Made by a program: the position numbers and the translations under genes. Shown piece by piece: positions 13,901-28,400 of a stretch of DNA of 64,000 nt. Below the pieces are notes generated by a model that saw only the letters and a list, made by a program, of their open reading frames with translations, made no database searches and was not told where the DNA came from. Source of the stretch: Eledone cirrhosa (taxonomy: Eukaryota); NCBI GenBank assembly GCA_964016885.1, contig OZ024743.1, forward strand, positions 131,626,001 to 131,690,000, written 5' to 3'. The stretch's first letter is position 1. Each line of letters starts with the position of its first letter.

Positions 13901-16837
13901 TCACCAAGCACCAAAGAGCAAACACCAAGCCCCAAGCACCAAACACCAAACACCAAACACCAAATAGCAAACACTAAACACCAAACACCAAACAGCAAAC
14001 ACAAAACACTAAATAGCGAACACCAAACAGCAAACACCAAACACCAAACAGCAAACACCAAACACCAACCAGGAAACACCAACCAGGAAACACCAAACAC
14101 CAAGCACCAAGCCCCAAGCACCAAACACCAAGCACCAAGCACCAAACACCAAGCACCATGCACCAAGCACCATGCACCAAACACCGAGCACCAAGCACCA
14201 AACAGCAAACACCAAACAGCAAACACCAAACACCAAACACCAACCAGCAAACACCAAACACCAAACACCAAACAGCAAACACCAAACACCAAACACCAAG
14301 CACCAAGCACCCAGAACCAAGCACCAAGCACCAAACACCAAACACCAACCACCAAGCACCAGGCCCAAACACCAAGCACCAATCACCAAGCACCAAGCAC
14401 CAAGCAACAAACACAAAGCACCAATCACCAAGCACCGAGCACCAAGCACCAAGCACCAAGCACCAAACACCAAGCACCAAACACTAAACACCAAGCACCA
14501 AGCACCAATCACCAAACACCAAGCACCAAGCACCAAACACCAAACAGCAAGCACCAAGCACCAAACACCAAACACCAAGTACCAAGCCCAAAGCACCAAA
14601 CACCAAGCACCTAGCAGCAAGCACCAAACACCAAACACCAAGCACCAAGCACCAAGCACCAAGCACCAAGCACCAAGCACCAAGCACCAAACACCAATCA
14701 CCAAGCCCCAAGCACCAAACACCAAGCACCAAGCACCAAACACCAAACACCAAGCACCAAGCACCCAGAACCAAGCACCAAGCACCAAACACCAAACACC
14801 AACCACCAAGCACCAAACACCAAACACCAAGCACCAAGCACCAAGCACCAAGCACCAAACACCAAACACCAAACACCAAACACCAAGGACCAATCACCAA
14901 ACACCAAGCACCAAGCACCAAACACCAAACACCAAACACCTAGCACCAAGCACCAAGCACCAAACACCAAGCACCAAACACCAAGCACCAAGCACCAAGC
15001 ACCAAGCACCAAGCACCAAACACCAATCACCAAGCCCCAAGCACCAAACAACAAGCACCCAGCACCATACACCAAACACCAAGCACCAAGCACCCAGAAC
15101 AAAGCACCAAGTACCAAACACCAAACACCAAACACCAAACACCAAGCACCAAGCACCAGACACCAAGCACCAAGCACCAAGCACCAAGCACCAAAGACCA
15201 AGCACCAAGCTCCAAGCACCAAACACCAAGCACCAAACACCAAACACCAAGCACCAAGCACCAAACACCAAGCACCAAGCGCCAAACACCAAACTCCAAG
15301 CACCAAGCACCAAACACCAAGCACCAACCACCAAGCACCAAACACCAAGCACCAGGCACCAAGCACCAAGCACCAAGCACCAAACACCAAGCACCAAGCA
15401 CCAAACAGCAAACACCAAGCACCAAACACCAAACACCAAGCACGAAGCAACAAACACCAAACACCAAGCACCAAACACCAATCACCAAGCCCCAAGCACC
15501 AAACACCAAGCACCAAGCACCAAACACCAAGCACCAAGCACCAAGCACCATGCACCAAACACCAAGCACCAAGCACCAAACAGCAAACACCAAACAGCAA
15601 ACACCAAACAGCAAACACCAAACACCAAACACCAAACAGCAAACGCCAAAAAGCAAACGCCAAACTCCAAACGCCAAACAGCAAATGCCAAACCCCAAAC
15701 GCCAAACAGCAAACGCCAAGCACCAAGCACCAAACACCAAGCGCCAAGCACCAAACACCAAACACCAAGCACCAAGCACCAAACACCAAACACCAAGCAC
15801 CAAGTACCAAACACCAAACACCAAGCACCAAACACCAAACAGCAAACGCAAAAAAGCAAACGCCAAACCCCATACGCCAAACAGCAAATGCCAAACCCCA
15901 AATGCCAAACAGCAAACGCCAAGCACCAAACACCAAGCACCAAGCACCAATCACCAAGCACCAAACACCAAACACCAAGCACCAATCACCAAACACCAAA
16001 CACCAAGCGCCAAACACCAAACACCAAACACCTAGCACCAATCACCAATCACAAAACAGCAAGCACCAAACGCCAAGCACCAAGCACCAAGCACCAAGCA
16101 CCAAGCACCAAACACCAATCACCAAGCCCCAAGCACCAAACACCAAGCACCCAGCACCAAACACCAAACACCAAGCAACAAGCACCCAGAACAAAGCACC
16201 AAGCACCAAACACCAAGCACCAAGCACCAAGCACCAAACACCAATCACCAAGCCCCAAACACCAAACACCAAGCACCAAGCACCCAGAACCAAGCACCAA
16301 GCACCAAACACCAAACACCAAGCACCAAGCACCAAACACCAAACACCAAGCACCAAGCACCAAGCACCAAGCACCAAACACCATACACCAAGCACCAAGG
16401 ACCAAACACCAAAAACCAATCACCAAGCACCAAAGAGCAAACACCAAGCCCCAAGCACCAAACACCAAACACCAAACACCAAATAGCAAACACTAAACAC
16501 CAAACACCAAACAGCAAACACAAAACACCAAATAGCAAACACCAAACAGCAAACACCAAACACCAAACAGCAAACACCAAACACCAACCAGGAAACACCA
16601 ACCAGGAAACACCAAACACCAAGCACCAAGCCCCAAGCACCAAACACCAAGCACCAAGAACCAAACACCAAGCACCATGCACCAAGCACCATGCACCAAA
16701 CACCAAGCACCAAGCACCAAACAGCAAACACCAAACAGTAAACACCAAACACCAAACACCAACCAGCAAACACCAAACACCAAACACCAAACAGCAAACA
16801 CCAAACAGCAAACACCAAACAGCAAACACCAAACACC
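10806..16837. repeat. Local tandem duplication of about 3 kb (copy 1 about 10806-13779, copy 2 about 13780-16837)
   Basis: The offset is 2974 at the start (markers 10939/13913; ORFs 11000..11506 versus 13974..14480) and 3058 at the end (13374/16432). The 84-bp difference equals 12 heptamers. Confidence 0.85.
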
Positions 16838-19800
16838 AAACACCAAACAGCAAACGCCAAAAAGCAAATGCCAAACTCCAAACGCCAAACAGCAAACGCC
16901 AAGGACCAAACACCAAACACCAAGCGCCAAGCACCAAACACCAAACACCAAGCACCAAGTACCACACATCAAACACCGAGCACCAAACACCAAACACCAA
17001 GCCCAAACACCAAGCACCAATCACCAAGCACAAAGCACCAAGCAACAAACATAAAGCACCAATCACCAAGCACCGAGCACCAATCACCAAGCACCAAGCA
17101 CCAAACACCAAGCACCAAACACTAAACACCAAGCACCAAGCACCAATCACCAAACACCAAGCACCAAGCACCAAACACCAAACAGCAAGCACCAAGAACC
17201 AAACACCAAACACCAAGTACCAAGCCCAAAGCACCAAACACCAAGCACCTAGCAGCAAGCACCAAACACCAAACACCAAGCACCAAGCACCAAGCACCAA
17301 GCACCAAGCACCAAGCACCAAGCACCAAACACCAATCACCAAGCCCCAAGCACCAAACACCAAGCACCAAGCACCAAACACCAAACACCAAGCACCAAGC
17401 ACCCAGAACCAAGCACCAAGCACCAAACACCAAACACCAACCACCAAGCACCAAACACCAAACACCAAGCACCAAGCACCTAGCACCAAGCACCAAACAC
17501 CAAACACCAAACACCAAACACCAAGGACCAATCACCAAACACCAAGCACCAAGCACCAAACACCAAACACCAAACACCTAGCACCAAGCACCAAGCACCA
17601 AACACCAAGCACCAAACACCAAGCACCAAGCACCAAGCACCAAGCACCAAGCACCAAACACCAATCACCAAGCCCCAAGCACCAAACACCAAGCACCCAG
17701 CACCATACACCAAACACCAAGCACCAAGCACCCAGAACAAAGCACCAAGCACCAAACACCAAACACCAAGCTCCAAGCACCAAACACCAAACACGAAGCA
17801 CCATGCACCAAGCACCAAGCACCAAACACCAAACACCAAGCACCAAGCACCAAACACCAAACACCAAGCACCAATCACCATACATCAAGCACCAAGCACC
17901 AAACACCAAACACCAAGCACCAATCACCATACACCTAGCACCAAGCACCAAGCACCATACACCTAGCACCAAGCACCAAACACCAAACACCAAGCACCAA
18001 GCACCAAGCACCAAGCACCAAACACCATACACCAAGCACCAAGCACCAAACACCAAAAACCAATCACCAAGCACCAAAGAGCAAACACCAAGCCCCAAGC
18101 ACCAAACACCAAGCACCAAACACCAAACAACAAACACTAAACAACAAACACCAAACAGCAAACACCAAACACCAAATAGCAAACACCAAACACCAACCAG
18201 GAAACACCAAAAAGCAGACACCAAACAGCAGTCGCCAAACAGCAAACACAAACACCAAACACCAAACAGCAAGCACCAAGCACCAAGCACAAAACACCAA
18301 GCACCAGGCGCCAAGTACCAAACACCAAACACCAAACACCAAACAGCAAACACCAATCACCAAACACCAGACACCAAACACCAAACAGCAAACACCAAAC
18401 ACCAAACAGCAAACACTAAACACCAAACACCAAACAGCAAACACCAAACAGCAAACACCAAACACCAAACACCAAACACCAAGCACCAAGCACTAAAAAC
18501 CAAACACCCAGCACCAAGCACCAAGCACCAAAGACCAAGCACCAAGCACCAAGCACCAAACACCAAGCACCAAAGACCAAGCCCCAAATACCAAGCACCA
18601 AGCACCAAACACCAATCACCAGGCACCAAGCACCAAACACCAAGAACCAAGCACCAAGCACTAAACACCAAATACCAAGCACCAAGCACCAAACTCCAAA
18701 CACCAAGCACCAAGTACCAAACTCCAAACACCAAACACCAAGCACCAAGCACCAAATCCCAAGCACCAAACACCAAGCACCAATCACCAAACACCAAACA
18801 CCAAGCACCAAGCACCAAACACCAAAAACCAAGCACCAAGCACCAAGCACCAAACACCAAACGCCAAACACCGAACACCAAGTACCAAGCGCAAAACACC
18901 AAGCACCAAGCGCCAAAGACCAAACACCAGGCACCGAGCACGAAACACCAAGCACCAAGCACCAAACACCAAGAACCAAGCACCAAACACCAGACAGCAA
19001 GCACCAAGCACCAAACACCATGCACCCAGAACCAAGCACCAAGCACCAAACACCAAACACCAAGCACCAAGCACCAAACACCAAACACCAAGCACCAAGC
19101 ACCAAGCACCAAGCACCAAACACCATACACCAAGCACCAAGCACCAAACACCAAAAACCAATCACCAAGCACCAAAGAGCAAACACCAAGCCCCAAGCAC
19201 CAAACACCAAACACCAAACACCAAACAACAAACACTAAACACCAAACAACAAACAGCAAACACCAAACACCAAATAGCAAACACCAAACACCAACCAGGA
19301 AACACCAAACAGCAAACACCAAACAGCAAACGCCAAACAGCAAACACAAACACCAAACACCAAACACCAAGCACCAAGCACCAAGCACAAAACACCAAGC
19401 ACCAAGCGCCAAGCACCAAACACCAAACACCAAACACCAAACAGCAAACACCAATCACCAAATACCAGACACCAAACACCAAACAGCAAACACCAAACAC
19501 CAAACAGCAAACACCAAACACCAAACACCAAACAGCAAACACGAAACAGCAAACACCAAACAGCAGACACCAAACAGCAAACACCAAACAGCAAACACCA
19601 AACACCAAACACCAAACACCAAGCACCAACCACCAAACACCAAGCACCAAGCAACAAACACCAATCCCCAAGCACCGAGCACTAAAAACCAAACATCTAG
19701 CACCAAGCACCAAGCACCAAACACCAAGCACCAAGCACCAAGCACCAAACACCAAGCACCAAAGACCAAGCCCCAAATACCAAGCACCAAGCACCAAACA

Positions 19801-20656
19801 CCAATCACCAGGCACCAAGCACCAAACACCAAGAACCAAGCACCAAGCACTAAACACCAAATACCAAGCACCAAGCACCAAACACCAAACACCAAGCACC
19901 AAGTACCAAACTCCAAACACCAAACACCAAGCACCAAGCACCAAATCCCAAGCACCAAACACCAAGCACCAATCACCAAACACCAAACACCAAGCACCAA
20001 GCACCAAACACCAAAAACCAAGCACCAAGCACCAAGCACCAAACACCTAACGCCAAACACCGAAAACCAAGTACCAAGCACCAAACACCAAGCACCAAGC
20101 TTCAAAGACCAAACACCTAGCACCAAGCACGAAACACCAAGCACCAAGCACCGAGCACCAAACATCAAGTACCAGGCACCAATCACCAAACACCAAGAAC
20201 CAAGCACCAAACACCAGACAGCAAGCACCAAGCACCAAACACCAAACTCCAAGCACCAAGCACCAAACACCAAGCACCAAGCGCCAAAGACCAAACACCA
20301 GGCACCAAGCACGAAACACCAAGCACCAAGCACCAAACACCAAGAACCAAGCACCAAACACCAGACAGCAAGCACCAAGCACCAAACATCAAACACCAAG
20401 CACCAAGCACCAAACACCAAGCACCAAGTGCCAAACACCAAACACCAAGCACCAAGCACCAAACACCAAGCACCAACCACCAAGCACCAAACACCAAGCA
20501 CCAAGCACCAAACACCAAGCACCAATCACCAAACAGCAAGCACCAAGCACCAAACACCAAACACCAAGCACCAAGCACCAAACACCAAGCACCAAGCACC
20601 AAACACCAAACACCAAGCACCAAGCACCAAACACCAAAAACCAATCACCAAGCACC
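10939..20656. repeat. Super-cycle 2 (9,718 bp), containing an internal 3-kb duplication and lacking two of the 1.5-kb blocks
   Basis: Marker pairs 9456/19174 and 10939/20657, and AAGCGTC 10379 versus AAGCTTC 20097, are all offset by 9718. Confidence 0.85.
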
Positions 20657-22486
20657 AAAGAGCAAACACCAAGCCCCAAGCACCAAACACCAAACACCAA
20701 ACACCAAATAGCAAACACTAAACACCAAACACCAAACAGCAAACACAAAACACTAAATAGCGAACACCAAACAGCAAACACCAAACACCAAACAGCAAAC
20801 ACCAAACACCAACCAGGAAACACCAACCAGGAAACACCAAACACCAAACACCAACCAGCAAACACCAAACACCAAACACCAAACAGCAAACACCAAACAC
20901 CAAACACCAAGCACCAAGCACCCAGAACCAAGCACCAAGCACCAAACACCAAACACCAACCACCAAGCACCAGGCCCAAACACCAAGCACCAATCACCAA
21001 GCACCAAGCACCAAGCAACAAACACAAAGCACCAATCACCAAGCACCGAGCACCAAGCACCAAGCACCAAGCACCAAACACCAAGCACCAAACACTAAAC
21101 ACCAAGCACCAAGCACCAATCACCAAACACCAAGCACCAAGCACCAAACACCAAACAGCAAGCACCAAGCACCAAACACCAAACACCAAGTACCAAGCCC
21201 AAAGCACCAAACACCAAGCACCTAGCAGCAAGCACCAAACACCAAACACCAAGCACCAAGCACCAAGCACCAAGCACCAAGCACCAAGCACCAAGCACCA
21301 AACACCAATCACCAAGCCCCAAGCACCAAACACCAAGCCCCAAGCACCAAACACCAAACACCAAGCACCAAGCACCCAGAACCAAGCACCAAGCACCAAA
21401 CACCAAACACCAACCACCAAGCACCAAACACCAAACACCAAGCACCAAGCACCAAGCACCAAGCACCAAACACCAAACACCAAACACCAAACACCAAGGA
21501 CCAATCACCAAACACCAAGCACCAAGCACCAAACACCAAACACCAAACACCTAGCACCAAGCACCAAGCACCAAACACCAAGCACCAAACACCAAGCACC
21601 AAGCACCAAGCACCAAGCACCAAGCACCAAACACCAATCACCAAGCCCCAAGCACCAAACAACAAGCACCCAGCACCATACACCAAACACCAAGCACCAA
21701 GCACCCAGAACAAAGCACCAAGTACCAAACACCAAACACCAAACACCAAACACCAAGCACCAAGCACCAGACACCAAGCACCAAGCACCAAGCACCAAGC
21801 ACCAAAGACCAAGCACCAAGCTCCAAGCACCAAACACCAAGCACCAAACACCAAACACCAAGCACCAAGCACCAAACACCAAGCACCAAGCGCCAAACAC
21901 CAAACTCCAAGCACCAAGCACCAAACACCAAGCACCAACCACCAAGCACCAAACACCAAGCACCAGGCACCAAGCACCAAGCACCAAGCACCAAACACCA
22001 AGCACCAAGCACCAAACAGCAAACACCAAGCACCAAACACCAAACACCAAGCACGAAGCAACAAACACCAAACACCAAGCACCAAACACCAATCACCAAG
22101 CCCCAAGCACCAAACACCAAGCACCAAGCACCAAACACCAAGCACCAAGCACCAAGCACCATGCACCAAACACCAAGCACCAAGCACCAAACAGCAAACA
22201 CCAAACAGCAAACACCAAACAGCAAACACCAAACAGCAAACACCAAACACCAAACACCAAACAGCAAACGCCAAAAAGCAAACGCCAAACTCCAAACGCC
22301 AAACAGCAAATGCCAAACCCCAAACGCCAAACAGCAAACGCCAAGCACCAAACACCAAACACCAAGCGCCAAGCACCAAATACCAAACACCAAGCACCAA
22401 GCACCAAACACCAAACACCAAGCACCAAGTACCAAACACCAAACACCAAGCACCAAACACCAAACAGCAAACGCAAAAAAGCAAAC

Positions 22487-25400
22487 GCCAAACCCCATAC
22501 GCCAAACAGCAAATGCCAAACCCCAAATGCCAAACAGCAAACGCCAAGCACCAAACACCAAGCACCAAGCACCAAGCACCAAGCACCAAACACCAAACAC
22601 CAAGCACCAATCACCAAACACCAAACACCAAGCGCCAAACACCAAACACCAAACACCTAGCACCAATCACCAATCACCAAACAGCAAGCACCAAACGCCA
22701 AGCACCAAGCACCAAGCACCAAGCACCAAGCACCAAACACCAATCACCAAGCCCCAAGCACCAAACACCAAGCACCCAGCACCAAACACCAAACACCAAG
22801 CAACAAGCACCCAGAACAAAGCACCAAGCACCAAACACCAAGCACCAAGCACCAAGCACCAAACACCAATCACCAAGCCCCAAACACCAAACACCAAGCA
22901 CCAAGCACCCAGAACCAAGCACCAAGCACCAAACACCAAACACCAAGCACCAAGCACCAAACACCAAACACCAAGCACCAAGCACCAAGCACCAAGCACC
23001 AAACACCATACACCAAGCACCAAGGACCAAACACCAAAAACCAATCACCAAGCACCAAAGAGCAAACACCAAGCCCCAAGCACCAAACACCAAACACCAA
23101 ACACCAAATAGCAAACACTAAACACCAAACACCAAACAGCAAACACAAAACACCAAATAGCAAACACCAAACAGCAAACACCAAACACCAAACAGCAAAC
23201 ACCAAACACCAACCAGGAAACACCAACCAGGAAACACCAAACACCAAGCACCAAGCCCCAAGCACCAAACACCAAGCACCAAGAACCAAACACCAAGCAC
23301 CATGCACCAAGCACCATGCACCAAACACCAAGCACCAAGCACCAAACAGCAAACACCAAACAGTAAACACCAAACACCAAACACCAACCAGCAAACACCA
23401 AACACCAAACACCAAACAGCAAACACCAAACAGCAAACACCAAACAGCAAACACCAAACACCAAACACCAAACAGCAAACGCCAAAAAGCAAACGCCAAA
23501 TTCCAAACGCCAAACAGCAAACGCCAAGGACCAAACACCAAACAACAAGCACCAAGTACCACACATCAAACACCGAGCACCAAACACCAAACACCAGGCC
23601 CAAACACCAAGCACCAATCACCAAGCACAAAGCACCAAGCAACAAACATAAAGCACCAATCACCAAGCACCGAGCACCAATCACCAAGCACCAAGCACCA
23701 AACACCAAGCACCAAACACTAAACACCAAGCACCAAGCACCAATCACCAAACACCAAGCACCAAGCACCAAACACCAAACAGCAAGCACCAAGAACCAAA
23801 CACCAAACACCAAGTACCAAGCCCAAAGCACCAAACACCAAGCACCTAGCAGCAAGCACCAAACACCAAACACCAAGCACCAAGCACCAAGCACCAAGCA
23901 CCAAGCACCAAGCACCAAGCACCAAACACCAATCACCAAGCCCCAAGCACCAAACACCAAGCACCAAGCACCAAACACCAAACACCAAGCACCAAGCACC
24001 CAGAACCAAGCACCAAGCACCAAACACCAAACACCAACCACCAAGCACCAAACACCAAACACCAAGCACCAAGCACCTAGCACCAAGCACCAAACACCAA
24101 ACACCAAACACCAAACACCAAGGACCAATCACCAAACACCAAGCACCAAGCACCAAACACCAAACACCAAACACCTAGCACCAAGCACCAAGCACCAAAC
24201 ACCAAGCACCAAACACCAAGCACCAAGCACCAAGCACCAAGCACCAAGCACCAAACACCAATCACCAAGCCCCAAGCACCAAACACCAAGCACCCAGCAC
24301 CATACACCAAACACCAAGCACCAAGCACCCAGAACAAAGCACCAAGCACCAAACACCAAACACCAAGCTCCAAGCACCAAACACCAAACACGAAGCACCA
24401 TGCACCAAGCACCAAGCACCAAACACCAAACACCAAGCACCAAGCACCAAACACCAAACACCAAGCACCAATCACCATACATCAAGCACCAAGCACCAAA
24501 CACCAAACACCAAGCACCAATCACCATACACCTAGCACCAAGCACCAAGCACCAAACACCAAGCACCAAAAACCAAGCACCATGCACCAAGCACCAAGCA
24601 CCAAGCACCAAACACCAATCACCAAGCCCCAAGCACCAAACACCAAGCACCAAGCACCAAACACCAAACACCAAGCACCAAGCACCCAGAACCAAGCACC
24701 AAGCACCAAACACCAAACACAAAGCACCAAGCACCAAACACCAAACACCAAGCACCAAGCACCAAGCACCAAGTACCAAACACCATACACCAAGCACCAA
24801 GCACCAAACACCAAAAACCAATCACCAAGCACCAAAGAGCAAACACCAAGCCCCAAGCACCAAACAACAAACACCAAACACCAAAAAGCAAACACTAAAC
24901 ACAAAACACCAAACAGCAAACACTAAACACCAAATAGCAAACACCAAACACCAACCAGGAAACACCAAACAGCAAACACCAAACAGCAAACGCCAAACAG
25001 CAAACACAAACACCAAACACCAAACACCAAGCACCAAGCACCAAGCACAAAACACCAAGCACCAAGCGCCAAGCACCAAACACCAAACACCAAACACCAA
25101 ACAGCAAACACCAATCACCAAACACCAGACACCAAACACCAAACAGCAAACACCAAACACCAAACAGCAAACACCAAACACCAAACACCAAACAGCAAAC
25201 ACGAAACAGCAAACACCAAACAGCAAACACCAAACAGCAAACACTCAAACAGCAAACAGCAAACACCAAACTCCAAACACCAAGCACCAAGCACCAAACA
25301 CCAAGCACCAAGCAACAAGCACCAATCACCAAGCACCAAGCACTAAACACCAAACACCTAGCACCAAGCACCAAGCACCAAACACCAAGCACCAAGCACC

Positions 25401-28400
25401 AAGCACCAAACACCAAGCACCAAAGACCAAGCCCCAAATACCAAGCACCAAGCACCAAACACTAATCACCAGGGACCAAGCACCAAACACCAAGAACCAA
25501 GCACCAAGCACTAAACACCAAACACCAAGCACCAAGCACCAAACACCAAACACCAAGCACCAAGTACCAAACTCCAAACACCAAACACCAAGCACCAAGC
25601 ACCAAATCCCAAGCACCAAACACCAAGCACCAATCACCAAACACCAAACACCAAGCGCCAAGCACCAAACACCAAGCACCAAGCACGAAACACCAAGCAC
25701 CAAGCACCGAGCACCAAACACCAAGTACCAAGCACCAATCACCAAACACCAAGCACCAAGCACCAAACACCAAACAGCAAGCACCAAGCACCAAGCACCA
25801 AACACCAAACACCAAGCACAAAGCACCAAACACCAAACACCAAGCACCAAGCACCAGACACCAAGCACCAAGCACCAAGCACCAAGCACCAAAAACCAAG
25901 CACCAAGCTCCAAGGACCAAACACCAAGCACCAAACACCAAACACAAAGCACCAAGCACCAAACACCAAACACCAAGCACCAAGCACCAAACACCATACA
26001 CCAAGCACCAATCACCAAACACCAAGCACCAAGCGCCAAACACCAAACACCAAACACCTAGCACCAAGCACCAAGCACCGAACACCAAGCACCAAACACC
26101 AAGCACCAAGCACCAAGCACCAAGCACCAAGCACCAAACACCAATCACCAAGCCCCAAGCACCAAACACCAAGCACCAAGACCCAAACACCAAACACCAA
26201 GCACCATGCACCCAGAACCAAGCACCAAGCACCAAACACCAAACACCAAGCACCAAGCACCAAACACCAAACACCAAGCACCAAGCACCAAACACTATAC
26301 ACCAAGCACCAAGCACCAAACACCAAAAACCAATCACCAAGCACCAAAGAGCAAACACCAAGCCCCAAGCACCAAACACCAAACACCAAACACCAAAAAG
26401 CAAACACTAAACACAAAACACCAAACAGCAAACACCAAACACCAAATAGCAAACACCAAACACCAACCAGGAAACAGCAAACACCAAACAGCAAACGCCA
26501 AACAGCAAACACAAACACCAAACACCAAACACCAAGCACCAAGCACCAAGCACAAAACACCAAGCACCAAGCGCCAAGCACCAAACACCAAACACCAAAC
26601 ACCAAACAGCAAACACCAATCACCAAACACCAGACACCAAACACCAAACAGCAAACACCAAACACCAAACAGCAAACACCAAACACCAAACACCAAACAG
26701 CAAACACGAAACAGCAAACACCAAACAGCAAACACCAAACAGCAAACACCAAACAGCAAACAGCAAACACCAAACTCCAAACACAAAGCACCAAGCACCA
26801 AACACCAAGCACCAAGCAACAAGCACCAATCACCAAGCACCAAGCACTAAACACCAAACACCTAGCACCAAGCACCAAGCACCAAACACCAAGCACCAAG
26901 CACCAAGCACCAAACACCAAGCACCAAAGACCAAGCCCCAAATACCAAGCACCAAGCACCAAACACTAATCACCAGAGACCAAGCACCAAACACCAAGAA
27001 CCAAGCACCAAGCACTAAACACCAAACACCAAGCACCAAACACCAAACACCAAGCACCAAGTACCAAACTCCAAACACCAAACACCAAGCACCAAGCACC
27101 AAATCCCAAGCACCAAACACCAAGCACCAATCACCAAACACCAAACACCAAGCGCCAAGCACCAAACACCAAGCACCAAGCACGAAACACCAAGCACCAA
27201 GCACCGAGCACCAAACACCAAGTACCAAGCACCAATCACCAAACACCAAGCACCAAGCACCAAACACCAAACAGCAAGCACCAAGCACCAAGCACCAAAC
27301 ATAAAACAACAAGTACCAAGCACCAAACACCAAACACCAAACACCAAACACCAAGCACAAAGCACCAAACACCAAACACCAAGCACCAAGCACCAGACAC
27401 CAAGCACCAAGCACCAAGCACCAAGCACCAAAAACCAAGCACCAAGCTCCAAGGACCAAACACCAAGCACCAAACACCAAACACAAAGCACCAAGCACCA
27501 AACACCAAACACCAAGCACCAAGCACCAAACACCATACACCAAGCACCAATCACCAAACACCAAGCACCAAGCGCCAAACACCAAACACCAAACACCTAG
27601 CACCAAGCACCAAGCACCGAACACCAAGCACCAAACACCAAGCACCAAGCACCAAGCACCAAGCACCAAGCACCAAACACCAATCACCAAGCCCCAAGCA
27701 CCAAACACCAAGCACCAAGACCCAAACACCAAACACCAAGCACCATGCACCCAGAACCAAGCACCAAGCACCAAACACCAAACACCAAGCACCAAGCACC
27801 AAACACCAAACACCAAGCACCAAGCACCAAACACTATACACCAAGCACCAAGCACCAAACACCAAAAACCAATCACCAAGCACCAAAGAGCAAACACCAA
27901 GCCCCAAGCACCAAACACCAAACACCAAACACCAAAAAGCAAACACTAAACACAAAACACCAAACAGCAAACACCAAACACCAAATAGCAAACACCAAAC
28001 ACCAACCAGGAAACAGCAAACACCAAACAGCAAACGCCAAACAGCAAACACAAACACCAAACACCAAACACCAAGCACCAAGCACCAAGCACAAAACACC
28101 AAGCACCAAGCGCCAAGCACCAAACACCAAACACCAAACACCAAACAGCAAACACCAATCACCAAACACCAGACACCAAACACCAAACAGCAAACACCAA
28201 ACACCAAACAGCAAACACCAAACACCAAACACCAAACACCAAACACGAAACAGCAAACACCAAACAGCAAACACCAAACAGCAAACACCAAACAGCAAAC
28301 AGCAAACACCAAACTCCAAACACAAAGCACCAAGCACCAAACACCAAGCACCAAGCAACAAGCACCAATCACCAAGCACCAAGCACTAAACACCAAACAC

